From Octopus sinensis (taxonomy: Eukaryota), in assembly GCF_006345805.1 (NCBI RefSeq), contig NC_042997.1:119784001-119848000 (forward strand): a stretch of 64,000 nt of DNA, read 5' to 3'. The notes beneath the pieces are model-generated. The model saw nothing but the letters and a program-made list of their open reading frames with translations, was not told the origin of the DNA and did no database searches. Every line of letters begins with the position of its first letter. The stretch's first letter is position 1. Below are positions 12,831 through 25,309 of the stretch, piece after piece. Made by a program: the position numbers and the translations under genes.

Positions 12831-12990
12831 TACGATGGGTTTCTTTCAGATTCCGACTACCAAATCCACTCACAAGGATTTGGTCGACCCTAGGCTATAG
12901 TAGAAGACACTTGTCCAAGTTGCCACGCAGTGGGACTGAACCCGGAACCATGTGGTTCGTAAGCAAGCTACTTACCACACAGCCACTCCT
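12615..12990 (-). mobile_element. SINE family B
   Basis: Reverse-complement homolog of 7459-7880. Confidence 0.85.
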
Positions 12991-13885
12991 ACTTTTAAAA
13001 TTTTAAAATATTTCGACTTGAGTATCATAATATGACAACATAATTCTATTTTGATCATTTCATCCTACTATATGTACAATGCCTGACGTGTTGGGTGTAG
13101 AGACGTCGTCAATTTCATTGACCCTGGTATGCAACTCGCATTTATTTTATCGATCTAGAAGAGATGCTTCTAAGCGTGTTCTCTGGTGTGCTAACGGTTC
13201 TCCCAGCTCGCTGACTTAAGCAGCTATTGTTCATAATGACAATGATCACACAACTGTACCTGACGACGAATCAGATAGGAAAAAAAATTATACTCTTACA
13301 TCAAATCTTTTATAATTTTAGATTTTTGTTTCCATTTTCACATTAGAGTTAATTAAAAAACAAAAATTATAAAAACTGTTTACATATTTGTTTCTTTCTG
13401 TCCAGCTCGTTATTTTTAAATTGGAAACACTCTGACGTGAGTTTTATCTATATTTTCGTAATTACACATTTTGTCTTGAAAGACTTTAGAATAGCATTAA
13501 CAACATCCATGAAAGGAATTTATATTGAGTTAATGTTTCAAATTATATGTAACTGCTGGGAAATATTTTAAACATTTCTTTTATGCATCATATAATTTTA
13601 ACATAAACCATTATTTGAGGAGAAATTCATTCTAAGTGACAATAATTTCAGCCATTATCACAGTTTCTATTGAAATAACGCTTTTAATTGACAATAATTC
13701 TCGAATTCTTCAATACACGTATACGAAACAGTCATAGCACTTACATGATATTTCTATGACGTCACTATAGCTGTTCATATGAGGGTTAAGGCACTTCTTG
13801 CAATGATGATGTACTTGCGTAAGAATATTAAATACGTAATATCAAATAAAAATCAATGTTTTGATTTACTTTGCAGTTGAAATAT

Positions 13886-14115
13886 GAAATCAGCTCTCAC
13901 ATGTCGAAATAATGACAGAGCACATATCGAAATACATTCAGCCATCAATATATTTATTGACATATACACGGGCACACAAATACACATGCAGACACACAAC
14001 ACAAACTCTCTCTTTCACTTTCTCTATCTCTCTTGTATATATATATATGTATGCGTGTGTGCATGTGTATTTGTTCGTCTGTGTATATGTATTTCGACAC
14101 GTGAGAGCTGATTTC
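13886..14115. mobile_element. MITE-like element with 26-bp terminal inverted repeats
   Basis: GAAATCAGCTCTCACATGTCGAAATA (13886-13911) vs TATTTCGACACGTGAGAGCTGATTTC (14090-14115), 1 mismatch; low-complexity interior; no TSD seen. Confidence 0.55.
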
Positions 14116-14122
14116 GACACGT

Positions 14123-14530
14123 AGGCGCAGGAGTGGCTGTGTGGTAAGTAGCTTGTTTACCAACCACATGGTTCCGGGTTCAGTCCCACTGCGTGGCACA
14201 TTGGGCAAGTGTCTTCTACTATAGCCTCGGGCCGACCAAAGCCTTGTGAGTGGAATTGGGAGACGGAAACGGAAAGAAGCCCGTCGTATATATGTATATA
14301 GATGTATATATATGTGTGCGTGTATATTTGTGTTTGTCCCCCTAGTATTGCTTGACAACCGATGCTGGTGTGTCTATGCCCCCGTCATTTAGCGGTTCGG
14401 CAAAAGAGACCGATAGAATAAGTACTGGGCTTACAAAGAATAAGTCCCGGGGTCGGGTTGCTCGATTAAAGGCGGTGCTCCAGCCTGGCCGCAGTCAAAT
14501 GACTGAAATAAATAAAAGAGTAAAAGAGTA
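14123..14530 (+). mobile_element. SINE family B, full length
   Basis: Homologous to 7459-7880. Confidence 0.9.
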
Positions 14531-14537
14531 TATATTA

Positions 14538-14586
<49 letters not shown>

Positions 14587-14587
<1 letters not shown>

Positions 14588-14797
14588 ATTTGTTTCAGTT
14601 ATTTGACTGAAGCACCGCCTTTAGTCGAACAACTCAACCCCAGGACTTATTCAATCCAAGTACTTATTCTATGGGTCTCTTTTTTCCGAATCACTATGTA
14701 GCGAGGACGTAAACACACCTGCATCGGTGTCAAGTGATGGAATAGGAACAAACACAGAGACACAAATACGTGCAAGCACACACACACACACACGCAA

Positions 14798-14850
<53 letters not shown>

Positions 14851-14978
14851 CAGATACATATGTCGGGCTTCATTCAGTTTCCGTTGATCAAATCCACTCA
14901 CTGGGCTTTGATCAGCCTAGGCGTGTAGTAGAAGATATTTGGCCAAGATGCCACGCAGTGGGACTGAACTCGGAACCA
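14587..14978 (-). mobile_element. SINE family B, diverged
   Basis: Reverse-complement homolog, head truncated. Confidence 0.75.
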
Positions 14979-15162
14979 ACTACGTGTGTATGTTCATATC
15001 TCTCTCTATATATATCTATCTATCTATCTATATATATATATATACACACACATATATACCGGAGTAAGCACATAAATAGGAAACAAGGTGGAGAAAAGAG
15101 TGCTCATATACCAGAGGTAAAGGAATATGCTTTATTTAAAAGCAGAAGAAATATAGCAAATG

Positions 15163-15200
15163 CTGTTACTCGTAGTTTCATGTTCCCGTTCGTCAGACTG
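15163..15200 (-). ncRNA. Type I hammerhead motif inside a 117-bp palindrome
   Basis: Minus strand: CAGT-CTGACGA-ACG ggaa CAT-GAAA-CT acg AG-TA-ACAG; all core nucleotides present, one mismatch each in stems I and II. Confidence 0.6.
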
Positions 15201-15267
15201 GGATGTGAAACTCTGAGTAACAGCTTTTGCTATATTTCTGCTGCATTTAAAGTATATATATATATGT

Positions 15268-15307
<40 letters not shown>

Positions 15308-15538
15308 TGTGTGTGTTTTTGTGTGTGTGTGTGTGTGTATGTGTGTGTGTGTGTGTGTGTATTTAATTACCACTAGCCATATAAAGAAGTGTGATTTTAT
15401 GCTCCACAAGCACATAGGAGAAATTCTCTTAAGGAAACTATTGCAGTATTCCATCTTTTGAATACAACTTACTCACACATACACACACAAACACATACAC
15501 AGGCATATATATTTATATTCATGTATGCAATACCTGGA

Positions 15539-15620
<82 letters not shown>

Positions 15621-15634
15621 CATATATATTTGAA

Positions 15635-15915
15635 GACGCGTGGACTAGTGCTGAGTCTTTGCACTTACGATCGTGAAATCGTGGTTTCATTTCCTAGACC
15701 CAGCGGTGTGTTGTATTCTTGTACAAAACACTTCATGTCATCTTGCTTCGCGATCACTTCCATACCATAGCGAATGGTATACCGTGTAGCTGTTTAGGCA
15801 ACATTGATCCCATGGACGGCGTGAGATAATGTACGGCACAAGTATTTAATCACATGTCTATTGTGCAGTTCGTTCAGCAAAAGCTGAACGTTCATTGCGT
15901 TTCCTTCGACAGAAC
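15635..15915 (+). mobile_element. Diverged tRNA-derived SINE (family C)
   Basis: Degenerate A/B-box head (GCGTGGACTAGTG...GTGGTTTCATTTCC) followed by TGTTGTATTCTTGTACAAAACACTT; resembles 37925-38200. Confidence 0.5.
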
Positions 15916-16673
15916 ATAACAATACTTACTATCTACCCTACGAACTACCCTTTTTTGACGATAAAGCTAGATATATGGCTCCAGTACATTGGGAGTCTAG
16001 GAAATTGTCTAACATTAATTGTTTATCACTATTAAATAGAATACAGTTGGTAACTCCCTACTACATCTGAATTCATTGAAAATGCGCCTCCTATGACTAA
16101 GGTCGAACCAATGAATTATACTGCCATTCCTAAATCTGCATACAAAAATATTAAAACAAGTCTAACATCAGCGCCCATTCCTCGTTCTCTTTTACAATAA
16201 TCATTGCTCTCTTTCTTTCCATCACTTTCTAATCCTCGCCAACAAACTCACACTGAACTGCTTACATACCCCAATTAAGATTTTCATTATTGAAAATTGA
16301 TAAACAACATTCACTTATACATTCACTCTTTCCAACGTTAATTACATATCTCCGGAAAAATGAACAAATGAATCATAATACATCCGATGTCCCTAGATAC
16401 TGTACTTTAATCATCCGAGTAGCTCGGACCGAAGGAAATTTTGGATTTGTGTAAACGCGTGTAATGATGCATTAAATTATTTATAAATCCCATCCATGGA
16501 TTACTATTATCATTCGTATTTTATTCTAGATTATATAGGCACAACTCAGTAAATCTTTAAAAAAGCTGCCATTGTTACTTGATATAATTAGACCGTAGCT
16601 GGCAAAATAAAATAAACGCTTTTTGTATGCATACGCAATATCCTTTCCCGTAAACAAACTTAAGGGATATATA

Positions 16674-16740
<67 letters not shown>

Positions 16741-16749
16741 ATATATATA

Positions 16750-16917
16750 TATAAGACGAAGACAGGTGGTGTACAAAACAAACAGAGGCATTAGTATAAC
16801 GCTCAGGATTAGAAAAAGTCTTTTACGTTTCGAGCCTACGCTCTTCTACAAAAAGAGACGGAGAAAAAACAAGGAAAGAAAAAGATGTGTGTAGTGGCTA
16901 ACGATCTATCATGGCGA

Positions 16918-16920
<3 letters not shown>
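16750..16920 (-). mobile_element. Small non-coding HHR-bearing repeat (family I, solo PLE pLTR-like)
   Basis: Homologous to 33700-33870 and 38675-38860; HHR at 16818-16857: TCTTT-TTGTAGA-A-GAGC gtag GCTC-GAAA-CG-TA-AAAGA. Confidence 0.75.
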
Positions 16921-16969
<49 letters not shown>

Positions 16970-17815
16970 ATATGTAAATATATGTCATGCATGGGCACAA
17001 AGTATGAGCAGAATTTAGGTTAGAATATATTTTTACCGTAAGAGATATTTTTCTCACAGTAACTGCAGATGAAATATGTGACAAACCTATTTCAACTAAC
17101 GTAAGTTCTGCACACACACACACACACACACACGCACACACGCACAAACACACACACACACACATGTATATATATATATATATATATTCAAAGATAATAT
17201 TAATCTCTCAAAAGAACACAACAAATAAAATAAGAACGCGATGGTAACAGAAGTGGTGGTCTTTCTGTAGCTGTGTGTTCCTTTAGATGTGCTTAGAAGG
17301 GATGGTCAGTGGAATGGTGCTTGACCGGCAGAATGAAGGGTGTGTATTGGTGTGTATGCAATCGTGTTCGTGTATGTACGTGTTCTTATGTGTGTGCATA
17401 TATGCGTGTGTGCCTGTGTGTGCGTATATATGCGTGTATATGCGTGTGTTCGTGTGTATGAGCGTTTATGTGCATGTGTATGTATGCGTGTGTATGTGTG
17501 TGCATGTATGTACGTGTGTGTGTGTGAATGTACGTATGTGTGTGTGTGTGTGTAGTGTGTCTGGGAGGTACATATGCATTGATTTGTGTGCGCGTGCGTG
17601 TATGTGTGCGTATGTGTCTATGTAGGTGTGTGTATATATGTTTGTTTTTTGTGTATAAAAAATAAAATAAAATATATTAGAGAAAATACTAGAGAAAAGG
17701 GGAAAATATAAGATGAAAAAATAAAATTAATAAATCGAAAAATGAAAAATAACAAAAGCAAGATAAAAAGCTAAAATTAAGAACGCAGTTCTATATTTAA
17801 GAGATGAGGAATTAT

Positions 17816-18115
17816 TTACATTATTTATATTTTGACGGACATATGGCGTAGTGGTTAAGAGCGTGGGCTACTAATCCCAAGATTCCGAGTTCGATTCCAA
17901 TCAGTGACCTTAATAATAATAATGATAATAATAATAATAATAATGGTAATAATAATAATACTGATAACAAAACATCGAAAATACCTTAGAAACGAGAACT
18001 TAGGTTCGAAACTTCCCCAAGATACTTGACGAAGGCTGGAGGGTGTATCTACCAAAACTGTGTGTTAGCAACAAACAAGATTAGGACAAAATTCGTCAAA
18101 AGGTATATAATGTAA
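17816..18115 (+). mobile_element. tRNA-headed SINE-like element with HHR relic and inverted termini
   Basis: A box TGGCGTAGTGG, B box GAGTTCGATTCC, (AAT)n linker, HHR-like 18021-18066; 23-bp imperfect inverted ends 17817-17839 / 18092-18114 (19/23). Confidence 0.65.
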
Positions 18116-18129
18116 GTTAAATTAGAAAT

Positions 18130-20130
18130 AAGTTCAATTATAAAAAAAAGGAGATAATATATAGATGAAAGGAGATAAAAGGATCGAAATAAAAAATTAC
18201 GACGGAAAGAAAATGATAAAAAAATCGATAAAAATGAATAAACGTGTAAAAAAGAGAGTGAATATAACTTATTTTTAAGGTGGATTTAGAGACAGTCATA
18301 GTGAGGACGGTGTTGTGTTGAGTCTGAAAATGTAACGCTGTTCAAGGCGGAGTCGAGAGTGTATAAATGCATGGTGTGTGGTGTAGGGTGAGACCAAATT
18401 AGGATATATTAGAGGTGGGTGGAGTGGTTGGCCAAACGGAGGTGACGGGCCTCGTGGGTGTTCGTACATAGCCGAACATCTCGTAGATGTTCGGTGAACC
18501 GGTCAGCCAGCGGCGGCCCATCTGCCTAACGTAAATTTTTTTGCAGAGGTTACATCTAATGTTATAAATAATGCCGGAAGAAGTGCAGCAGAACGAGTGT
18601 CTAATGTGGTGTGTGTGCTGGTTGAATCCAGAGAGGGAGGTGGTTTTGCTGATGAAAGAGCAGGTATAGCAGTGGGATCCAGAACAAGACGAAGATACCG
18701 GTTGGGTTGGGATGGAAAAGGGAAGGTGCTACGGACTAGCAGATTGCGTTGTTTATAATCACGTATAAAAGAGATAAGGGTGGGTTATAGAAAATGGGGC
18801 GGGTGGATTTATCTAGCTGTAGACGACGGAAACCCATAGGACTCTCCTCCGACGGAGAAGGGTGGAGGGGTGAAAAGGAGGGAAAAGTGGGTGCGGTGAG
18901 GGATTAGTGTTGGGAAGTAGAGCGTTCGGCGGTGAGATCGATTACACGAGCGCGGGCAAGGGCAGTTTGGACATAGTGTGGATGGGTATTTTCAATGCAT
19001 GAACATGTGGGCTAGGTACTGGGACTGGGTCTCGAAATCCTGGTCCCGGCTACACAAGCGTCGTAGGCGGAATAACTGTGAGTAAGGGATGGCCCAGTTG
19101 GTGTATGAGGAATGGGAGGAGGAAACGTTGAGGTAAAAGTGGCACTCCATGGGTTTAAAGAAGGGTGGAGATCGTGAGAGAATGGGAGGTGTGGTCAATG
19201 GTGAGAGATATCTAAGGTCTACAAGGGTGTCACAGATAGTAGAGGTAAATTGGAAAGAAGGGTGAATGTTAGAGAGGAAAGAGATGAAACCGCAGAATTG
19301 TTCGTGGGATAGGGAGGTGCACTCTATACAATCGTCTATGTAGCGACTGTATTGTTCTGGGGTCGGTCCAGAGAATTGGGAGGATACTTGGGCTTCAATG
19401 TAATCAACAAATAGGTTGGCGGAATTGGAGTCCATTCTCGTTCCCATAGCGACGCCAGAGAACTTTTCGTAAATGTCCCTAGCTAACGAAAAGCGGTTGA
19501 GGGTATGGACGAGTTCTGGCAGATGGAGAAGGGTGGAGGTCTGAGTGTGGGGTCGGGACGACGGTCGAGGGAGTATTGGAGGATTAAGGGACCGTGTTTG
19601 TGAGGGGTCACGGTGTATAGGAATTTGATATCCAAGGTGAAGAGTATGTGCGAGGAGCCGGGAGGGAAGAAGTAATTCAAAAGGCAAAGGGCGTGTTTGG
19701 TGTCAGGCATATTGTATGGGAGGGCAGCAACTAAAGGGGACAAAATGCGGTCAAGGTATTTGGAGATAAGTTTTCATGGGCAATTACAAGTGGAAACAAC
19801 GGGGTTGCCAGTGTTACCGGATTTATGTAATTTGAGAAGAAAATAGGTGGTGCTTGTATGGAGTGTTTAGACGTGGAGGTTGGTATGGGTAGGTGGGGAC
19901 AGAGAAGGAGACGCGGTCATGGATGGTGGATGACAAGCGCTGGTTCCTAGCAGGAAGCGATAGAAGAGGGTATTTCGAAGCTGACTGAGCGCCTCCTCCT
20001 TATAAAGGTCCACGCGCCGCACCACCACTGCTGCACTTTTTACTACCAGCTTGGCGACGACGTCGTAGCAGCGACGGTGGTCGCTAAGGGCAATCGATTC
20101 AGCCCGGGTGATGTTGGTCCGGAAGGATTT
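18130..20130 (-). mobile_element. Penelope-like element remnant (RT + GIY-YIG)
   Basis: Frameshifted RT pieces (GVAMGTRM, YSRYIDD, N-terminal ..KSAAVVV..) and GIY-YIG IIYNIRCNLCKKIYV near 18500-18580. Confidence 0.85.
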
Positions 20131-20155
20131 TTTTAAAAAATATATATATATATGC

Positions 20156-20188
<33 letters not shown>

Positions 20189-20955
20189 TGTATGTATGTA
20201 TGTATGTATGTATGTATTTATGTATGTATGAATGTAATCACACACATAGACACACGCGCACACAGTTATTAGTCAGTGCGTATTTCATCTTCAGTATACT
20301 TAATTCGGCTAAAATTTTGTACTTCGAGGACGCTGCCTATTTTACACGTTTATCTCCACTGCAAATTAATAGCGAAATCAAATTTTAAGTAACATTCAAC
20401 ATAACGTTAGAACACATATATGTCTTTGATAGCAACATATCTCGTGTATCTGAAATTAAAAGGGGATTACCGAAATATTTCCTGGCAAAAATAGCACTAA
20501 TTACAATTAAATTAAAACGAATACTATAAAAGAGAAGTAATGAACATGCGGCTAATTTAAATTGCAATGTCAAATTAAGCTAAAATTGGGATCATTGAAC
20601 TTGAGTAAAAGGGCAACTAGTTACATGCTACCAGCTGACAAACTGAATTGGATAATTCATGGTACGGCTAATCAAATAGGAGTAATTAGGAATGTAATTA
20701 TATTCGTAAATTGCAAATTAAAATTTCACAAATGTCACGATTCAAGTAGTGTCTTAATACTTTTAGCTCTGAATATTTCAGGGTGAATTATCCGATTACT
20801 CGTGATATCAGGTAAATGTTTGTTAAAATTTCTATAATCGGAAACGTGATTCTTCACTTCGACATGCTTTACTAATGACGCTCCAGAATTAGAAAATTAC
20901 TATTTTTAAATCTCATGTTGTGAGATATTCAGAAACAGTACTTTGTAGTAAAAAC

Positions 20956-21187
20956 GTTTGCCAACATAACATGGCAGTCCTGGTTAAGGACGAATGTTGC
21001 TGTAATTTGACCCCTGGAGACATCATCTTCAGCTGACTATACGACACGATCTGTGTCCAGATATTCCCTTGTTCGAAAATATAAGGACATAGATCGTGTC
21101 GTATAGCCAGCTGGAGACGATGTCTCCTGGGGCTGATTTACAGCAACATTCGTCCTAAACCAGGACTGCCATGTTATGTTGGCAAAC
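20956..21187. repeat. Foldback element, 103-bp arms, 26-bp spacer
   Basis: 20956-21058 is the near-complement (~85-90%) of 21085-21187. Confidence 0.85.
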
Positions 21188-21214
21188 AATCTTTACAACG
21201 ACGCTCCAGAAGTT

Positions 21215-21527
21215 GAGGGGGACTTGGCTACTAAGTTCTTCCCCACCCAGCTTATTTCCCCACACCTTTCTCCTAACTACTACCTCTTTTGAAGCACCTT
21301 GAGAATTTAAAAAATCTAACCGATGCTGAAAGTTCGTTCAAAGAGTTCATCAGTTCCAGGTCTCCAGATTTTTATGTTACCAGAATAAACAAACTTGTAA
21401 TTCGTTGGCAAAAATGTGTTGATTGTAATATTACTTACTGTGATGAATAAAATTTCCGCATTGTTGAAATATGGTTTGATGAATTTCATGTTTCAAACCG
21501 TTGATTGCATTTTACTCAGCCTGATAT
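21215..21527 (+). mobile_element. mariner 3' fragment
   Basis: Degenerate HP.YSP.L motif, ..FYVTRINKLVIRWQKCVDC C-terminus, TIR-like end TTTACTCAGCCTGATA. Confidence 0.7.
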
Positions 21528-21536
21528 TTTGTTACT

Positions 21537-21705
21537 CTTATATTGGTTTCAGTCATTTGGCAGCAGCCATGCTGGAGCACCATCATTAGTCGAACAAATC
21601 GACTCTAGGACTTATTCTTTGTAAGCCTAGTACTAACGCTATTGGTCTATATTGCCGAACTGCGATGTTACGAGTACGTAAACACACCAACATCAGTTAT
21701 CAAAG
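21537..21705 (-). mobile_element. SINE family B, 3' half
   Basis: Reverse-complement homolog of the family B tail. Confidence 0.75.
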
Positions 21706-21763
21706 ATATACATATATACATACATGCATACGTACATACATACACACACACACACACACACAT

Positions 21764-21800
<37 letters not shown>

Positions 21801-21932
21801 CTTTATCACTGATTCTTTTGACCACTCCCCTAAGAAAGACAGTTTGCACCATGCCTACCCCCAAAAAGTCCCCCACCACCACCTCTTTAAATCTGCCTAA
21901 ATGTATAAATGCCAAAACTATTCTTGACACAA

Positions 21933-21983
21933 AGCTTCCTGATGATTTCATTTGAATGAAACAGTTCTAGTCGTGTAGAAGCT
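21933..21983 (+). ncRNA. Type I hammerhead motif at the end of a PLE 3'-UTR-like fragment
   Basis: AGCTTC-CTGATGA-tTTC attt GAAt-GAAA-CA...TG-TA-GAAGCT; 6-bp perfect stem I, full core, weak stem II (T.T closing pair). Confidence 0.6.
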
Positions 21984-22120
21984 CCTTCTATAAAATAAAA
22001 AAAAATATATATATATACATATATATATGTATATACATATATACATACATATATATGTATATATATATATATATATTATATATATATATATACATATATG
22101 TATATACGACGGCGCCTGCA

Positions 22121-22220
<100 letters not shown>

Positions 22221-22292
22221 ATGTATATATGCATTCATGCATGTGTATGCGTGTGTATGTGAGTGTGTGTAATCCAGCGTAATCTGGTATTA

Positions 22293-23688
22293 TTAGGTCG
22301 TCAAAACAAAGAAAAATAATTTTGGTAATGTTTTTACATAGAAGGAATGGCTTTATTCATCAAAGTGTGCACCCACATTGTCAATACACTTTTGCAATTT
22401 CAACAGTAGCTTGTCCAGACCGAAACTGTAAAAAAGCTGGCAATATAGAGTCAATAAAATCTTGGAAGAACTGTTTTGCAGCATCGTTAGAATTTTTATC
22501 CTATCAAAAAATTATCCAAAGTCTGGAAGAATTAGTAGTCAGTGGGGGCAGATCAGGTGAGTATGGTGGATGATGGATAACTTCCAACTCCAAATTCTGT
22601 AGTTTCGCCGAAGTCATTTTTGCGATGTGTAGTCTGGCTTTGGCTTGCAATAAAATAGAAGTGGATCTACTGACTAAAGTAGGCTGTTTGTTTGTAAGTT
22701 TTTTTGCATCATTTAGTCCAGGTAGCTGCAGTATACGTCGGCCGTGATTGAAGAGCCAAGTTTAATGAAATCATAATGGATCACACCTGGGCCAGAACAC
22801 CAAATACGCACCATCAGCTTCTTTTGATGAATTTTTCTTTTTGGATTCTTTTGGTGGGTTGGCTCATCTTTGTCCAGCCATTGTGTTGAACTTCTATGGT
22901 TGTTTTATTGGATTAATTTCTCATCATTCAAAAATGAATCATTTCGATCTCGTACCTTTGACCTCGCAAATGAGCAACGCGGTCCTTCAGAAACAAAGGT
23001 GGATAATGATGAACTGAAAGCCACAAACGACTTAATAATTAATGCAGGTGATATCTAAGTATCTAGAGCGAATCGGTTGCGCAGAATTTGCAATATTTTC
23101 TGTGGAGGTTGTAAGTATTTAAAAAAAGTAGCGTAATGCAGGCTTCCAAACGTTGTTATTTCTAATTTTCAATGAGCTCATTTAGAACCCATTTATCCAA
23201 ATTTTTAACTTTACCCATTTGAACTATGTGAGTGAATATTGTTTGCTTGAAAACACCAAACAACAACGATAATTCCGAGGCACTTTGAAATGGATGTGAC
23301 TCGGCTGTGGCTTTCAGTTCGTTATTATCCACCTTTTTTTCTGGTGGACCGCGTTACTCATTTATGAAGTCAAAGGTACGAGAACGAAATTTCGCAAACC
23401 AATTTTTACTGCCTGTTCTGAAATAAAATTAGAAGGAAATACTCGATTAATAATCGGAGTTGTCTTTGATGCTGCATTTCCAAGAAAGAACTCATATCCA
23501 TTTCGAAAAAAAAAGTAGCAAAAAGTGATTTGTAAATACTATATAAAGCGCAATGAGTTAGAATTTAAAAAAATAGATGTGCCAGCTTTCTAACAAAAAA
23601 AATTATCAAAATATTATAATGGTGCAAAATGAGCAGGTATCACAGTTTACCATATACCTTACTACAAGTTTCATACCTGACGACCTAA
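22293..23688 (-). mobile_element. Decayed mariner transposon with TA TSD
   Basis: TA|TTAGGTCGTCA ... TGACGACCTAA|TA termini; minus-strand EVIHHPPYSPDL motif near 22550; many stops. Confidence 0.8.
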
Positions 23689-24346
23689 TAGTTACTACAT
23701 GTGATACCTAAGTATCTAGAGCTAATCAGTTGCGCAGAATCTGCAATATTTTCTGTGGAGGTTGTATGCATTTAAATTACTGGTAAGATATACAGGTTAG
23801 CACACTCGAATGGATTAAGTTTTTCGTTCTACTCAAATATGATGATAGAAGTAAAATTAAACTCACTTTACATGATAATGTTTGTATAATTTCTTGCTGG
23901 CAGGGCTCCGTTACTCATTTGTATTGTTGATGTTGTGTAACTCCTCATTAATTCAGTTTTAACAGATGTATCATTCAGACTACCCAAGCAGGGCGAATCT
24001 TTTATTTTTTGTAAAGACATGTGTCAATTAGCAAATAATTAAGATTTTTCAATCACTTCAATATGCTTTGAGGCAGTTGTATCTGTTTGGCAGCTCTTGG
24101 TTTGCTCTAGATCAAGCTGATCTACAAACTTTGACACATATAGGTATAGAGATTCTATGACAATTTTATATGAAGCGTTTTTCCAATCACTTTTTTAAGG
24201 ATGACAGTTGATGAATAGAGGAAAATTGGTTGCATATTGTAGGATTACGAGATATAACACAAAGCATTCTGTAAAGGATCACAATGATTTCCTTTGGTTG
24301 AACATTGTTTTCAAATTTACGAGAAAAATATAATCCTTCAAGTCCA

Positions 24347-24478
24347 TCAATGGCTGCCTGTTGCCATATAAAGTCGCTCATATAATGGTATTACTTCATG
24401 AGGCCGTCTCTCTGTGTCGTCGAATACTTCTGTATAAAGTCCAATAAGTTTATCTGATATTCTTTCTTTCGAATGTAA
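24347..24478 (-). CDS. Candidate host exon or pseudo-exon, possibly WWE-like
   Basis: Acceptor T-rich..CTAAT..CCAG| at 24479; frame 1 LHSKERISDKLIGLYTEVFDDTERRPHEVIPLYERLYMATGSH*; frame 2 YIRKKEYQINLLDFIQKYSTTQR loosely resembles a WWE C-terminal half. Unverified. Confidence 0.3.
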   Translation of the reverse strand, partial: LHSKERISDKLIGLYTEVFDDTERRPHEVIPLYERLYMATGSH

Positions 24479-24938
24479 CTGGTAATTAGATTGTAATTAA
24501 AAAAAAAAAGAAATTGTCGAAAGAAAAATAAAAGGATTGACAAAAGTGGCTGGAAACAAAAAGGGACTTAAAACTGAGAACACAGTTCTACGGGAGTTAT
24601 AAAATTTCGTAGGTAAACAGTTGTAAATTTTTAGTGAGTACCTCATGTATTAAATTTTACAGGATGAACTTTGTGCCTTTGAATATTCTTCTTACATTCT
24701 ATCAGTACTCGTTGCCGACAAGTAAGGGGTTAACTAATATCACTTTCAAAGATTTCATTATACGAATTAGTATTGACAGATTGCATGCTTTCATGAATAT
24801 TTATTGATATGTATGTTTATATAAATAAATATGTAAAAACATATACTTGAACATATATATGTGTGTGTGTGTGAGTGTGCGCGTGCGTGCGTGTGTGCCT
24901 GAATGTATATATATATGTGTGCACTCATATATCTATTC

Positions 24939-24979
<41 letters not shown>

Positions 24980-24994
24980 TAGTTATATGAGTGC

Positions 24995-25032
<38 letters not shown>

Positions 25033-25054
25033 TTATATAAAACTATATACACAT

Positions 25055-25138
<84 letters not shown>

Positions 25139-25309
25139 ATATGTATGTTCGTGTGTATGTCTGTATGTACATATGTATGAACGAAGAATGTAAAAAAAAT
25201 TCGATACTTACTACTTAAGATATTTATATAATGCAAATATAAGGCTGTATATTTTTCACGACTACATGTACGCAAACGTGTTGTCGCTATAGAAAAAATG
25301 GTTTTAAGT

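Noticed and set aside
12104-13290. Isolated CTGATGA (about 12105) and CTGACGA..GGAAA (about 13260)
   Set aside because: No stem II/III or UH and no stem I complement.
17845-17908. Possible tRNA gene
   Set aside because: A and B boxes are present but acceptor and anticodon stems do not pair; it is a SINE head.
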